Source of the DNA: Euglena gracilis
Lineage: Eukaryota
Direction of reading: 5' to 3'
Assembly: GCA_039621445.1 (NCBI GenBank)
Contig: CP154954.1
Location: 36,627,703 to 36,691,702 of the forward strand
Length of the DNA: 64,000 bases
Shown here: positions 23,601-34,724 of the stretch, in pieces
How the letters are laid out: every line of letters starts with the position of its first letter
Position numbering within the stretch: position 1 is the stretch's first letter
The notes under the pieces: generated by a model
What the model was told of the DNA's origin: nothing
Databases searched by the model: none
What the model saw: only the letters and a program-made list of their open reading frames with translations
Translations under genes and position numbers: made by a program

Positions 23601-26600
23601 CGAAAATGAATTTATCACCTCAATTCCACCTTGGCATGCAGCGCCGGAGGAATTTTTTTCCAGTTGGGGGAACCTCCCCGGGGTCTAGCAAGTCCATTTT
23701 TCCCAGCGTCCAGCAGAATGGCCAGCCGGTGGGTCCTTAAGCAATAGGAGGAGGACATTGCTCAGGAGGTGTGCACAGGTTTTTGGGGCGAATTTGGCCA
23801 TGATTCCTCCGGTTCAGATGTGAAGCCGGTGCCTGGGACGCCAGTTCTGGCATCAGCTCGAACCGGTGTCCCAGGCACCTCCTTCATGCCCGAACCGGCG
23901 TCTGGGACACAGTTCTCGATATAATATTTGGGTGGAAGCGGAAAATAACTGGGTCATTTATGTGTGTTTTTTTTCCAGCTGTCCTCTGGGTGGGGGGGGG
24001 CGAACCCGCATTCAATCGGTCTGAAAGACTTGTCAGTCACTCCCAGGCACTGGCCAGCCATGTTGCTAGACAGTGAAGAAAAGCCACCAGGGCTGCACAG
24101 GAAGGCCTGGTGGGGGGGGGATGATTGGACCCCCCCCCCCATCACCGTACAGCCCTGGGGAGGTCGGACTTCCCCCAACCACCACCACCCTGGGATTCCC
24201 GTAGAGCCTTGGGGGGCCGAATGGAAAAAAATCCTCCAGTGCTGTGCGCCAAGGTGGGAATGTTTTTTGGGGGGCTGATTTTATGTCAAGAACTGTTTTT
24301 GGGCCAAGAGTTTGGGGAAGCCCTGGCAGGGGTTTTTTTAGTCGTGGGCCGGTGGGGTGAAATTTTCGGCGCCAAAGGCACTGCAAATTTTTGAAAAAGG
24401 TGCTATTTTTGGTATTTTTCGCGATTTTTGGCCATTTTCGGGGAAACCAGAGTGGGTTCATGGGACAGGGGTGGGTGGCCCCCCCCCCCTGGTGTTAAAC
24501 CCCTGAGCCCCGGGGGGGTCACTTTCCATTTTCAAAAACCGATCAGAGTTTTCAAATACCAGTCACCCACTTCAAACAACTCAAAAAATCCCCCTCCACT
24601 TTGGGGGGGGGGGGGTCGAACCAGACATCTCTTTAAGGTTTTGGACCCCCCCAGGGGGGGGGGGCGGCTGCAGCCAGCCCCGATTTGGGCCCAGCCGCAG
24701 CAGCCCCCTCCCCCCGGGGGGGGGGGGGGCTGCTAGCCCTAGCTAGCCAGCCCCTTTTTTGGGGGCCCAGCCCAACATTTTTTCGGCGCAAAGCGCCGAA
24801 ATTTTTTGAAAAACTGTGTTCAAAAGTGGCCAAAAATGGGGTTTGGGGGCCGTTTGGGGCATTTTTGGGGGTTTCAGATGCATCATTTTTTCAAAACTGT
24901 GTTCTGCAGGTCATTTTTTTGGCATTTTTCCGATTTCAGTCCAGCTCGCCCCGGTTCGGGTCCAGCCGGGGCCCAGCCCCCCCCCCCCCCGGGGGGGCGG
25001 GCTAGCCAGCCCAAATTTCTAGCCTTAGCCCAGCAACCCCCCCCCCCGGGGTCCTTAAAGAGATGTATGGGTCGGACCCCTCCCTCAGGTTTCCCACATC
25101 ACCATTTTGACCCACCCACAATCACACCCACAAGGTTTTTTTTGGCTTCCAATAAACCTTGCTCGGTGGTGTGTGGTGCGTGCAAGGAAGGGGGGAGTTT
25201 TTTTTTGAGCATCCGGAGTGTGGTGTGCATTGGGATTAGAAGTGCAAATGACATTCCCTTTTTCACAGAAGAAGGCTCGCAATGAAGCTCTCATTGAAGC
25301 ATACAAAGAGCAAGAGTTGCATGGCGGACCGCACGTCAAGCACATGCAGGGCTATGGGGTATCAATTCTCGTTTTGCAACTGCATTTCGGCAAATGCGAT
25401 CAAAACACTCAATCAAAGAGATCCCAGATTTGTGCCAGTATTTTGCCCACCACGCAATATTAAGCCCCTCCTGGATGCATGTTTGAGCAGCATTTCAACG
25501 CCTTTAGGGTTTGTATTTGAACAAAATTGTAATCCCTGTTGAGCTTTGGGGGGTACGGGGTTTTTCCTTTTTTTCCGCTACAACTCTGAATTTCATATGA
25601 TTGCTCTGCACAACATTTCTCACCGCCACAGATCCCTTCTGATACTCCTCTCCTTGGGGAGAACGCGAAAGGTGATCAGTACACCCAGCCACCTGAAAGC
25701 GCCTCAATTCCCCTGGAGCAATTGGAATGGACTGGCGATACTGTCTTCGTATGATCCTTTCCCAGAGATTCATTGTTGCGTGGTTGTGTGGGAGAGGCTC
25801 TTCCAAAAAAACACAGCCAAAAATGCCCATTTTTGGCCATTTTTGGGATTTTTTTTTGGGAGCAAGTCAGTCAAAAATGAATTAAAAACCTCATTTCCAC
25901 CTGGGCGCGCAGCACTGGAGGAATTTCCGCCCCCCCAGTCGCCCTGGGGGGAGCAGACTTCTTTTTAAGGTGGTGCACCCCCGCCCAGGGGGTGCTATGG
26001 GCAGACAGGGGAGTAAACCCCCCCCAAATAGTATTGCACCCGCAGCTCTATTGGACGGCCGCCTCCGGCGGCGGGGGGTGCAGCACTATTTGGACCCGCA
26101 GCCATACATCTCTCTAAGGTTTTGCGAACCCCCCCCCCCGTGGGGGGGTGGCTGCAGCCAGCCCCGATTTGGGCCCAGCCGCAGCTGGCCAGCCCCTTTT
26201 TTGGGGGCCCAGCCCAACATTTTTTTGAAAAACTGTGTTCAAAAGTGGCCAAAAATGGGGTTTGGGGGGCGTTTGGGGCATTTTTGGGGGGTTTCAGATG
26301 CATCATTTTTTTAAAACTGTGTTCTGCAGGTCATTTTTGGGCATTTTTCCGATTTCAGTCCAGCTCGCCCCGGTTCGGTCCAGCCGGGGCCCCCCCCCCC
26401 CCCCCCCCCCGGGGGGGGCGGGCTAGCCAGCCCAAATTTCTAGCCCTAGCCCAGCATCCCCCCCCCCGGGGTCCTTAAAGAGATGTATGCCCGCAGCACT
26501 ATTGGACTGGGTGCCTCTTGGTCCCGGCCTATCACCACAGACACCCTTTTGTCTGCTCAATTTCCCCCTCTGAGGCTAGTGAGGTCGTGTAGTTCATCTT

Positions 26601-29600
26601 CGGACAACTTCTGTGAGTTGCTCGGGTGGGAATTTGCCCCCTTTCCCCTCTCTGCGGATTAAATAAGGTGCCTGCAGTAGGCTGCACCAGCTTCTACGCA
26701 TTTCACATTGCTGTGATTTGGGGGGGTGCAGCACTATTGGACGCTCGCTTCATCCGGCTGGGGTTGCAGCACTATTTGGACCCACAGCTCTATTGGCCCC
26801 GCAGCATTATTAGGGGGGGGTTAGGACCACTTTCGACCGCGGGGGGGGGGGGTCGGGTTTTGGGGTGGGTGGTGTTTCAGCACCCCCCCCCTCCCCGACG
26901 CCACAGGCGCCGGGGCCCGAAAATGGCCATTTTCAAGGGAAATTTGCCTGGCATTGGGGTCCAAACCCCCCCAAAGCACAAGGCACCCCCGTCCCGCCCC
27001 CCAGATGGTAAAAAGAAGCCTGGGGGGTTCCCAACGGGGTTTCTACCTCGAGCCCAGCGTTTGATATGAGGAGGTTGTTCGGCGTGCAGGTGGGGGGTGT
27101 CCCCCCAGGGGTCCGGCTTCCCCCAGCTGCTCTTATATTGAACCCTGCCCCCAAGGGGGTGGGTGGATGGGTCAGGGTCCCTCTTCCCCAGGTCCTAATT
27201 TTTTTCTCCCCAAGTTCTAAAAAGCTTCCTGGGGCTCTGGAATGAGAAAATTGAAGGAGTTGGCCGTTTGAGGTTTCCCCAAAAACAAATCATCATGCAT
27301 GAAAAATAATTCAGAATCTTTAAATGGAAATTTTCTTCTTTTTTAATCTTGTTCCCTCAGATTCCCGCAGAATACCGAACAGAAGTGGAGGATTGGGGCC
27401 GAGAATTGACAAAGTTGGCAAACCAGTTCTTGCTTCTTCCGTGGCGGTTTGGTGTGCTCTTCCAGCCTTGGTTCATCTTCTCAGTTCATTATTTTGTTCT
27501 GTTTCTTTGTTCAACCCTTCTTCTGATGTGCCGACACCCCGGGAAAAAAAAATTCTCAGAGTGGCTGAATGTGGTGCATCCCGGAGCAAAACGTTGAACG
27601 TGTGTTTCTGGCAGTCTTCTGCCAAAAAGCAACAAAAAATTCTGGTGCAATCCTTGTGCAAAGTGTTGGAGAGCAAAATTTCACCCTGCATCGGTTCCTG
27701 TGCCAGACCAACCCACATTCAATAAAAGAGCGGACCATCGGGTACCCCAGTAACTCTTTTCATTTCTCCCAGTTGGTTGTCGACAGAGGCTTGCTAAGGC
27801 CGGAGGGCACCCCAGGGTCCAGCCAGCATTTTCATTCCAACCCAAATCAAGCAGGGTTGGATTTACCGGGCAAAGCTTTTGAGATGACCCTTTTGTGTAC
27901 ACCCTTTTGGTAAATTTGTTTTTGTGGTTTTTTCTGCATTTTTCCTGGCGCCTTTTTGGTTGTTTTTTTTTGCTGGAGAATTCTTTGGCTTTGAAATAAT
28001 CCTCGTTTTGGCCTCAGTTCTCCCCCGAGGCTGAGGATTTTATGAACCCTCCCCCTGTTGGGACCAGGCTTCTGCTTAAGGGATTGCAGTAACCCCCCCC
28101 CCCCCATTTAAACCGACCCCCCTTCTAAACCGACCTACCCTTCCAAACCGACCCATTGCAGAATTTCAACCAAAAACAGAAATAAACCGACCCATGGCAA
28201 ATTGGATGACAAACATGCACAACATATTGGAAGCCGCCAACAGAAAGAGCGTCCATGCTCATTGAATGGTTATTATTGAAGACCCAAAATTAGGATTCGA
28301 CACCCAAAATTAGGCATTTGCGTCCAAATTTTGGAGTTTGCGCCTCAAATTGGGCATTTTCCTCCGAAAATTTGGTGTTGGCACTCAAAAATTACAAAAT
28401 TAGGCATTTTCCACCTAAAATTTGAAGTTTGCACCCAAAATTAGGCAGTTTGCCACCAAAAATTGGACATTACACCCAAAAGTCAGCATTTGCCCCCGAA
28501 AATTAAGAAATTGCATCCCAAATTAGGCATTTGTGACTGAAAGTTAGGAATTGGCCGACCAAATTGGGCATTTGCCAATTGAAATCGCTTGCTAACATCA
28601 ACCCGCTTCCGTCATGCCGTCGGCCAGCCGTCGGCCAGCCGTGTGCTCCCCCTGAAACTGACCCCCCGTCTAAACCGACCCCCTCCAGGATTTCCGCCAA
28701 CCCAAAAGTCCTAAACCGACGGGTCGGTTTAAATGGGGGGGGTTTACCCCCAGGGGGGGGGGGGCTGGACTGCAGCTAGTCCAAATTTGGTTAGTGGGAT
28801 TTCTAGCAGACCCTCCCCCCGGGGGGGGGGTCTGCTAGCAGGGCTATGGGTCCGGGCGGGCCCCCCCCCCCCCCGGGGGGGGGGTCCCGCGCCGGAGGCG
28901 CTGGGTATACCTTTTCGGCGCGAAGCGCCGAAAATTTTTGGAAATCGCCTTTAGCGGGCCCGATTTTGGGGGGGGTCCCGCCCCCCCCCCCCGGGGGGGG
29001 GGGGCCCCGGGCCACCCCGGGGGGGGGGGGGCAGGGATGGATGGGAAGCCCTTCGGTATTGAGGTAGGTGGTAGGGGGGGGGGTCCCGACCACCCCCCCC
29101 CCTGGGGGGGTAAGGTGGTAGGGGGGGGGGTTCGGACCACCCCCCCCCCTAGATGTTGGGAGGGGGGGTCCGGACCCCCCACCCCCCCCTCCTTGACAGG
29201 TGCCAAAAATAGCAGAAAATTTTCTTCCGGCGCAGCGCCGGAAAATGAGCAAAAAACACCCCTTTTGCTGACTTTTGGCCATATTGCCCATTTTTTGATG
29301 TGTTGGTGTTTTCCCCCAAAAACATGTTCAAAAAAATCCAAAAAATGAGCATTTTTGGATTGATTTTCAAAGAAAAATCAGGGTTTTTTGACCGATTCCG
29401 ACCCGATTTCCGGCCCTTTGCCCGTCCATGAAATCGGAAAATTTTCGGCCCCCCCTCAGTTTCGAGGTAGGAGGGGGGGGACCGACCCACCCCCCCCCCC
29501 CCCCCCGTGGCGGGAGGGGGGGGTCCGCCCCCACCCCCCCCCTCAAGGCTTCCCATCCATCCCTGGTGGGGGGGGACCCCCCCCCCTCCCCCCCCCGGGG

Positions 29601-32600
29601 GTCTTAAAAAGAAGCCTGACTGGGACGCCTGACCTTTTTTTGTCTGTTTTTCTTATTTCAGCCAGTTCCTTCTCCCAGCCAGGGTGTTGCTGACAGAATT
29701 TGACCCGGTTGCCTGCCTGGGAAGGCACTCCCGATCCTACCCCTCCAGGGGGGGGGCAGGGCACACAGCCAAAAGTGCCCTAGCACAGACCCCGGGGAGC
29801 CAAAAATGGCCTTTTTCAAAGGAATGTGCCTGGGTGCTGTCTGAAATCCGACCCCCCCCCCCCCGGGGGTTCGGGTTTTTGGGGTACCCGCCCATAGCAG
29901 GTACCCCCCTCTGACCCCGGCGCAGGGGGCCCGGAAAAGGCCATTTTCAATGAAAATTTTCTGGTCCCCCTGGACCCCCCCCCCCGGGCAAGCACTTATA
30001 TATAGCACCCCCCCCCCCCGGTCGGAAGCAAAAGCCTGGTCAGGCCGACCACCTGGACCAGGGCCATTTGTTTGATATTTAACCCCCCCGAGATGTTTCC
30101 AAGTTTGTCCAACTGGTCAGAATTGTCAGAAAAAGTATAAACCGGAGACAGAAATTTCTGGCCACGAAAAAATTTGCTGATGCCGTGTGGAGGCCATAGA
30201 AAAAATTGTGCACACAAGGATTCACCAGCTGAACTCATGTGCTTTGACCAATTTCCAATTTTTTTTGAGTATGGAACATTTTTTGACATTTTTGAGTACC
30301 TTCCAATGTGTTTTTTATGCATTTTGACCTGAATTAACAGAAATTGACAAAAAATTTTCAAGGGGGGTAAAAATGCGAATTTCTGGGGGTCGGCCCGACC
30401 TGGTCAGCCGGACCCCCAGGATGGCCACCCCAGGAATCTGCCTTGGGAAACCCTGGTTGAAGAAAATGGTTGAGCCAGCCGGAGAAAAATATTTGATCAA
30501 CAAAAATCAAGCCATATTTTGTGGTTCTCAAATTTTGGTGTTTCTTCTCATTCCATTTTGCCATTTGTGTCTTGCAGTGTCCAATGCATGGAATCAGCGC
30601 CGCCTCGTCTCTTGGTTTGAAGAGATCTTGCAAGAAGATGCGGTCTGTTGCGTTAACGCGGCGGGGAGTGTTATTCTCTTTTGTTTTGTATTTTTGTCTC
30701 AGGCAAAAAGGTCTATTGTTGTCCACCCACCTCAGCCCAAGATTCTTTTCAAGGAACCACCTCCCCCCCTGTTGTTGACATGGTGTGTCGTTGACAACCC
30801 CTTGTCAACGGCATTTTTCTGAAATATAAGTTTTTCTTTGCAGTGGCCAGCCAAGACACTTCAAAATTGTGTCGGATCTTCTTGCCAGGCATGGCTTTGA
30901 CTGTTCTCCCTTATGAATTTGGTGATTTGGCACAATATGAGAGGTCCAATGGTACAATTGTGGAGGACAATTGTTGCTGGCGCGGTCTATTATTTTTATG
31001 CTGCCGTGCCGTTGACACACGTGTCGTTGACACCCCCCCCCCCCGGGGGAGAAATTGCACCGTGCAATTTTTGCAATTTTGTGCAATTAATTGCACATGG
31101 CCCAGGATATTTTGTTTTGGAAAACATTTATTTTGTTTTGAAAAATGTCGGTTTTTGATGCAAATGAGAACTTACCGGGTTTTGCTGGGAAACTGATGTG
31201 GGTAGTGAAAATTTCGTTTCAAAGGCTGTTTATTGTTGGTTTACTCGGTGTGCAAACCCGATCTCGCTGTCATTTCTGGATGTTCTTGACAAAGGAGCAA
31301 GGTGATTTTCCAAGTAGGTGCACATTTTTTTTTGCATTGTTAGTGCGCATGTGTGGTGCCAAATCTAAAGCCAAATTAAGTTTTGCAAAACGCCCCCCCC
31401 CACCCAGATAAAAAAGGAGAAGTAGATTTTTGTACAGGAAAAACACCCTAAGTTCATTGCTGGCACCAAATTTTGCTTCGGGCTCACCATCGTGCTGGGC
31501 AGAGAAAAATGGTTCATTTTGGTTGTTTCATTGTTTAGGTTCAACCCAGGGTTCGGTGAAAGGAGGGGGTGTGGGTTGGAGGATGGGAGGGGGCACCACT
31601 CCCCTCCTGGACCGGAAGGGGGGGGGACACCTGCCCATTTCAGACCCTGCTGCCACCCCTTTGACGACGGGCTGCCTTTAAACCGAACCCTGGAAGGATG
31701 GCATTCCTGGCATTTTTCATCCACACAAAAAAAATGGGAAATTTGATGTCGATTGGCCACCGCAGTTGTCGCCAGGGTTTGATAGGCGTATATGGTTCAG
31801 GTGGGGGGGGTTTCCCCCCCCCCCCGGGGTCCGGACCACCCCCCCCACCTGCCAGGGGGGTCCGGACCAGACAATTTTTTAAGCACTGTCCCCCCGGGGG
31901 GTGACTTGGTTTCGGGCCCGGACCCCCTCCCCCCCCCCGGGGGTCGGCCAGGGGTGGGCAAAAGTGGCTTGAGTGACCCCGGCGCCAAAGGCGCCGGGAA
32001 AATTTTTTTGGCTTAAAATGGCCTAAAGTGACTGGAAAGTGGCCGTTTTTCTGAGTGGCCCCCCCCCCCCCCCCCCCCCGGGGAGGTAGTGACTGACTGG
32101 CTTCCCAAAAAAGTGACTGACTGGTTTTTCAAAAAGTGGAGTGACCCCCCCCCCGGGTCGGTAAAAAATTGTATGGTCCGGACCGCCCCCCGGGGGGGGG
32201 GCCAAAAAGGTCAATTTTTTCCTACGGCGCTTTGCGCCGGAGTTTTTTGGCAATTTTCTGCCATTGACGTGATGAAAAAACATTATATGCTGCTTGCGCT
32301 TTGATTTCGCTGGATGTCAATTTTTGGGCCCGGCGCAAAGCGCCGGGCCGAAAATCGGTCACCCGGACCGCGCCACTGTTTAGGTGGGGGGTGTCCCCCC
32401 CCCCCCCCCCCCTCCTGGCCCGGACCCCCCCACCTGTTCTTATATCGAACCCTGGTTGTCGCCCAATGCCCAATGCTTTTTTCCTCAACAGCTCATTGCC
32501 AAGGAAGGTGGTGTACAGGCTCTGAGTGATGACGAGTTGAAGGTTGCATTGCTTGATCGGTGTGTTCGCCCTGTTCCTTCATTGGCAAGAAGCGCCAACT

Positions 32601-33889
32601 CCTGCAGAGCCAGGGCATTGCCAAAGAAAATTTGACTCACCCAGGGGGGGTCCAGCCAGACAGCAGCCTTTTTCCAGCCCAGACCCCCTCCCCCAATCAA
32701 CGAGATTTATTTATTTCTGGCCGGATGGTAACGGATTTTTCCTTGGTCTGAAGGGGGCGGGGAGGCGGGGTCCAGACCCCCAAGTTCGTGCCCTTGGTGG
32801 CAGGCCATAGCGGTTCTGTTGACCTTGGTCATTTCACTGTCGATCCTAATCCCCCCCCCTTTGGACCGAGGGGGGGTCTGGGATCCCCCCGGTAACCCAA
32901 TATTTTTTCCTGCGCTTGAAAGATGAAAAATCTGGGTGTATGTTTGACCGATCTTTAAAAAAACAGTGTGTGAAAACGCGATTTTTGGGGGCTTTTTTTA
33001 AGGTACAAGAAATTCTCCGCTTTGCACCAGAAAATTTCTGCACAGGGGTGGGGGGCTGGTCCGACACCCCCCTTCTTTTACTGAGATGCACAATTGGCTT
33101 TTGGAAGGGTGTAATTGGGCCGAAAATGGGCAACAAAAGTGCTGGACAGGGAAAAATTCTGGGTCAAAAAATGATTTTTGTTGCATAATTGGCAGTGGTT
33201 GGCATTTTTTGCAGTTTTTGATTTTTTTGGCACCTGGTTGGACCCCACAGTCGAGCACAGTTCGAGCCTTGGGACCCGCATCCTTTTTCCAGCCAGCCCA
33301 AATCTTCCAGCTTCTAAGTGCCACCCTGGTGGGAACAGGGCCAGGGCATTCCCGAGCAATGCCGTTGCTGGTTCGGCGGTCCTCTGGATCCATCCATCCA
33401 TTGCTTTCTCACAGAGCGGTGATTCGTTGTGATGAAGAGTTGACTCGAGGTGATATGGAGGCCCGGTACAAGGAGATCTCTTGGTTGATGTCATTGCGGA
33501 ACCCATTCATCGTGTTGGCCTGGCAAACAGGTGTCCACTGTCCATCCTCCGTCTTTGAGCACACAAAACCCAAGAAAAGTTTTGGGGTAAGCATATGCCC
33601 GACCTGGGGTTTTGGAGTGGCCCGCACGGATGTATCATTGCCAAAGGTGTTGGAGTTGGGTGCCATGCCTCTGGCGCGCGCAGGGTATTACCGCAGCACT
33701 TATTCTCCCGAAGACGACCTTCCCGAGGCCTCCATCCTGCCCAAGCTGAACCGCACCGTCCTGGACGTGGACGTGCACAACGAGCTCGCCCCGGACCACC
33801 CCGAGAAGCCCCTCCCCAGGGTGCATCCTGCCTTGTACCCGAACTCCCACCTCGCCCTGGCCAAGGAGGTGGCCGTCTTGGCGAAGTAG
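11424..33889 (+). CDS. ATPTB1: Mitochondrial ATP synthase subunit ATPTB1 (euglenozoa-specific, LETM1/Mdm38-like fold); 12 exons, 487 aa
   Basis: Exons 11424-11642, 11686-11785, 11832-11945, 11993-12162, 23291-23398, 25269-25358, 25632-25748, 27361-27451, 30578-30642, 32492-32559, 33415-33530, 33684-33889 join through GT-AG introns with consistent phases into 1464 nt with no internal stop. The protein (MTAVVKNLAKLPAATSQ...WVDEGLPVSKKEYNEYCWLKKDMQRLL...VWLSNDGYLPSAF...HLALAKEVAVLAK) resembles Euglena/Trypanosoma ATPTB1 as I remember them; not searched. Confidence 0.88.
11686..11785 (+). CDS. ATPTB1: ATPTB1 exon 2
   Basis: AG|EYNEYCWLKKDMQRLLPLASPFVFGIYGILPLA|GT; follows a 43-nt intron. Confidence 0.88.
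11832..11945 (+). CDS. ATPTB1: ATPTB1 exon 3
   Basis: AG|(V)WLSNDGYLPSAFSSKKDIVSKKLEWYSSYGDDLRQQV|GT; follows a 46-nt intron. Confidence 0.88.
11993..12162 (+). CDS. ATPTB1: ATPTB1 exon 4
   Basis: AG|(G)PMLQHRLKRHLRG...CAHLRLYDG|GT; follows a 47-nt intron. Confidence 0.88.
13127..13757. mobile_element. hAT-like MITE family B with a nested element
   Basis: TIR CAGGCTTGTGCTTA / TAAGCACAAGCATG; perfect 8-bp TSD TTGGCAAC. Confidence 0.85.
13243..13545. mobile_element. Merlin-like MITE nested in a family B element
   Basis: 29-bp perfect TIR GGTACTTGTCTGTTAGTCGATCCACGGCA, 8-bp TSD GTTTTGGG, internal (TGACGTCAT) repeats. GG termini with an 8-bp TSD suggest Merlin (inference). Confidence 0.75.
16536..17682. 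repeat. 32-bp tandem repeats (GTTTATGTCGGTCGATTTCCATTCAGGCGCCC) in two oppositely oriented arrays
   Basis: Arrays at 16536-16625 and 17522-17682; related units at 13849-13945. Confidence 0.85.
17319..17422. repeat. About 100-bp fold-back element with a central GCGAAGC motif
   Basis: AAAAATCGACAGACACTGACAGATTCAGCAGGGG ... CCCCTGCTGAATCTGTTAGTGTCGGTCGATTTTT. Confidence 0.8.
19021..19067. repeat. Interstitial telomere-like hexamers (CCCTAA/CCCTGA)
   Basis: aaccctaaccctacccctgaccctgaccctgaccctaaccctaaccc. Confidence 0.7.
19313..19450. repeat. 29-bp tandem repeat, about 5 units
   Basis: Unit GGCCGAAGCAAGCAAATGGCTGCTGGTGC. Confidence 0.8.
19463..19875 (-). mobile_element. Ty3/Gypsy pol relic (RT connection plus RNase H) in ATPTB1 intron 4
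   Basis: AFQTIKEKLLRSPKL...KPFILRV..SGRAVGAALEQ...PVAFCSRKLTPGQVRSWSPREKETYAVILALQKW...VLVLTD is the typical Ty3/Gypsy RNase H signature. Confidence 0.85.
19878..19982. repeat. About 105-bp fold-back element; partial copy at about 15405-15560
   Basis: CCCAAAGAGCCGCCCAACTAGGGTTAA ... TTAACCCTAGTTGGGCGGCTCTTTGGG. Confidence 0.8.
20184..21760. mobile_element. hAT-like MITE family B carrying a 1.26 kb nested TIR element (about 20432-21692)
   Basis: Perfect 8-bp TSD GTTTGGAT. The nested element has long TIRs (CGGTAGACTGGGG...GTCCTGGGTGGTCGGCCGAC), flanking GGGGGTGTG and internal tandem repeats of about 110-120 bp; an inverted partial copy lies at about 15660-16460. Confidence 0.8.
23291..23398 (+). 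CDS. ATPTB1: ATPTB1 exon 5
   Basis: AG|TSTVLLLTNKEPVELTSELLQKWNAIKAAKLSPEEE|GT; follows an 11.1 kb intron. Confidence 0.85.
24622..25069. mobile_element. hAT-like MITE family D
   Basis: TIR CA(G/T)ACATCTCTTTAAGG / CCTTAAAGAGATGTATG; TSD GGTCGAAC/GGTCGGAC. Confidence 0.8.
25269..25358 (+). CDS. ATPTB1: ATPTB1 exon 6
   Basis: AG|KKARNEALIEAYKEQELHGGPHVKHMQGYG|GT. Confidence 0.85.
25632..25748 (+). CDS. ATPTB1: ATPTB1 exon 7
   Basis: AG|IPSDTPLLGENAKGDQYTQPPESASIPLEQLEWTGDTVF|GT. Confidence 0.85.
26103..26489. mobile_element. hAT-like MITE family D, second copy
   Basis: Same TIR and body as 24622-25069; perfect 8-bp TSD CCCGCAGC. Confidence 0.85.
27361..27451 (+). CDS. ATPTB1: ATPTB1 exon 8
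   Basis: AG|IPAEYRTEVEDWGRELTKLANQFLLLPWRF(V)|GT. Confidence 0.85.
28090..28746. mobile_element. TA-flanked MITE with (AAATTAGGCA)-like internal repeats
   Basis: TIR ACCCCCC...ATTTAAACCGACCC / GGGTCGGTTTAAATGGGGGG..T; TA on each side. Confidence 0.65.
30578..30642 (+). CDS. ATPTB1: ATPTB1 exon 9
   Basis: AG|(V)SNAWNQRRLVSWFEEILQEDA|GT. Confidence 0.85.
31773..32454. mobile_element. hAT-like MITE family A (long variant)
   Basis: TIR CAGGGTTTGATA / TATCGAACCCTG; perfect 8-bp TSD GTTGTCGC. Confidence 0.85.
32492..32559 (+). CDS. ATPTB1: ATPTB1 exon 10
   Basis: AG|LIAKEGGVQALSDDELKVALLD(R)|GT. Confidence 0.85.
33415..33530 (+). CDS. ATPTB1: ATPTB1 exon 11
   Basis: AG|(R)AVIRCDEELTRGDMEARYKEISWLMSLRNPFIVLAWQT|GT. 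Confidence 0.85.
33684..33889 (+). CDS. ATPTB1: ATPTB1 exon 12 (terminal)
   Basis: AG|(G)YYRSTYSPEDDLPEASILPKLNRTVLDVDVHNELAPDHPEKPLPRVHPALYPNSHLALAKEVAVLAK*. Confidence 0.87.
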
Positions 33890-34154
33890 AAGCGGGAGAC
33901 AGGCTGGATTTTGGGCAATGATATTGGGCAAGCCACTCCCCCCAGGGTATTAAGTTAATGGTGGTTTTCAGGGGGGGGTCAGGGGATCTGAGGGAGCTCC
34001 CCCTTTTCCCCTCTTCGGACTGGGGTGTCCACAGACTTCTTCCGGCGCTTCGCATCCCTTTATGCCAAGGAACATGAAAAATTTTGGTCCCTGTTTGACC
34101 GGGGTTTCAAAAAATTAAAAAAATTGCGAGAAAATGCAATTGAAAGTGCACTGC

Positions 34155-34305
34155 TGTAAGGGGCACCTGGCCACTCACCACACAGCAAGCTGGGCCAGAA
34201 GCTAACTTAGCGCATGGGCCATAAACACAGACAACAAGCAGACAAGAAGCCTCACTCCCCCGGGGGCAGGGCAGAATGGGAATCGGCTGAACATCCAGGG
34301 TGGCA
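34155..34305 (+). mobile_element. Probable LTR relic
   Basis: Starts TGTAAGGGG and is homologous to 56794-56880 (CCTGGCCACTCACCAC..AGCAA.CTGGGCCAGAAGC). Confidence 0.45.
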
Positions 34306-34320
34306 GGTGGGGGTGGGGCC

Positions 34321-34724
34321 CAGGGTTTGATATAAGGAGGGCGTACATGGTTAGGTGGGGGGGGTGTCCCCCCATCCCCCCCCCTCCTGGCCCGCAGGGG
34401 GGTCCGGACCACCCCCCCCCCCCACGTGCCATAGGGTCCGGACCGACCCTCGGGGGGCACCCGAGACCCCCCCAAAAAGGCCCATTTTTTTCCTCCGGCG
34501 CTTCGCGCCGAAAATTTCTTGCATTTTTGGCACATTTTTGCCCAAAAAGTGCCCAAAATGGCACTTTTGGTCGTTTTGGGGGGTCAATAATTTTTGGCCC
34601 GACGCTTCGCGCCGGGCCGAAATTCGGTCACCCAAACCGCGCAACTGTTTAGGTGGGGGGTGTCCTTCCCCCCTGGCCCGCAGGGGGTCCGGACCCCCCC
34701 CACCTGTCCTTATATCGAACCCTG
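34321..34724. mobile_element. hAT-like MITE family A
   Basis: TIR CAGGGTTTGATATAAGGA / TCCTTATATCGAACCCTG; degenerate TSD GTGGGGCC/GTGGGGAG. Confidence 0.8.

Noticed and set aside
32047-32060. Spliced-leader RNA relic (TTTCTGAGTG)
   Set aside because: The match is only about 10 nt, lies inside a MITE, and lacks the rest of the euglenid SL exon and its GT donor.
11643-33683. Euglenid non-conventional (non GT-AG, stem-forming) introns in ATPTB1
   Set aside because: All 11 introns have GT-AG ends with consistent phase, and I saw no convincing end-pairing pattern.
33086-33889. 267-aa ORF as a stand-alone gene
   Set aside because: It is ATPTB1 exons 11-12 plus a stop-free 153-nt intron and upstream intron sequence.
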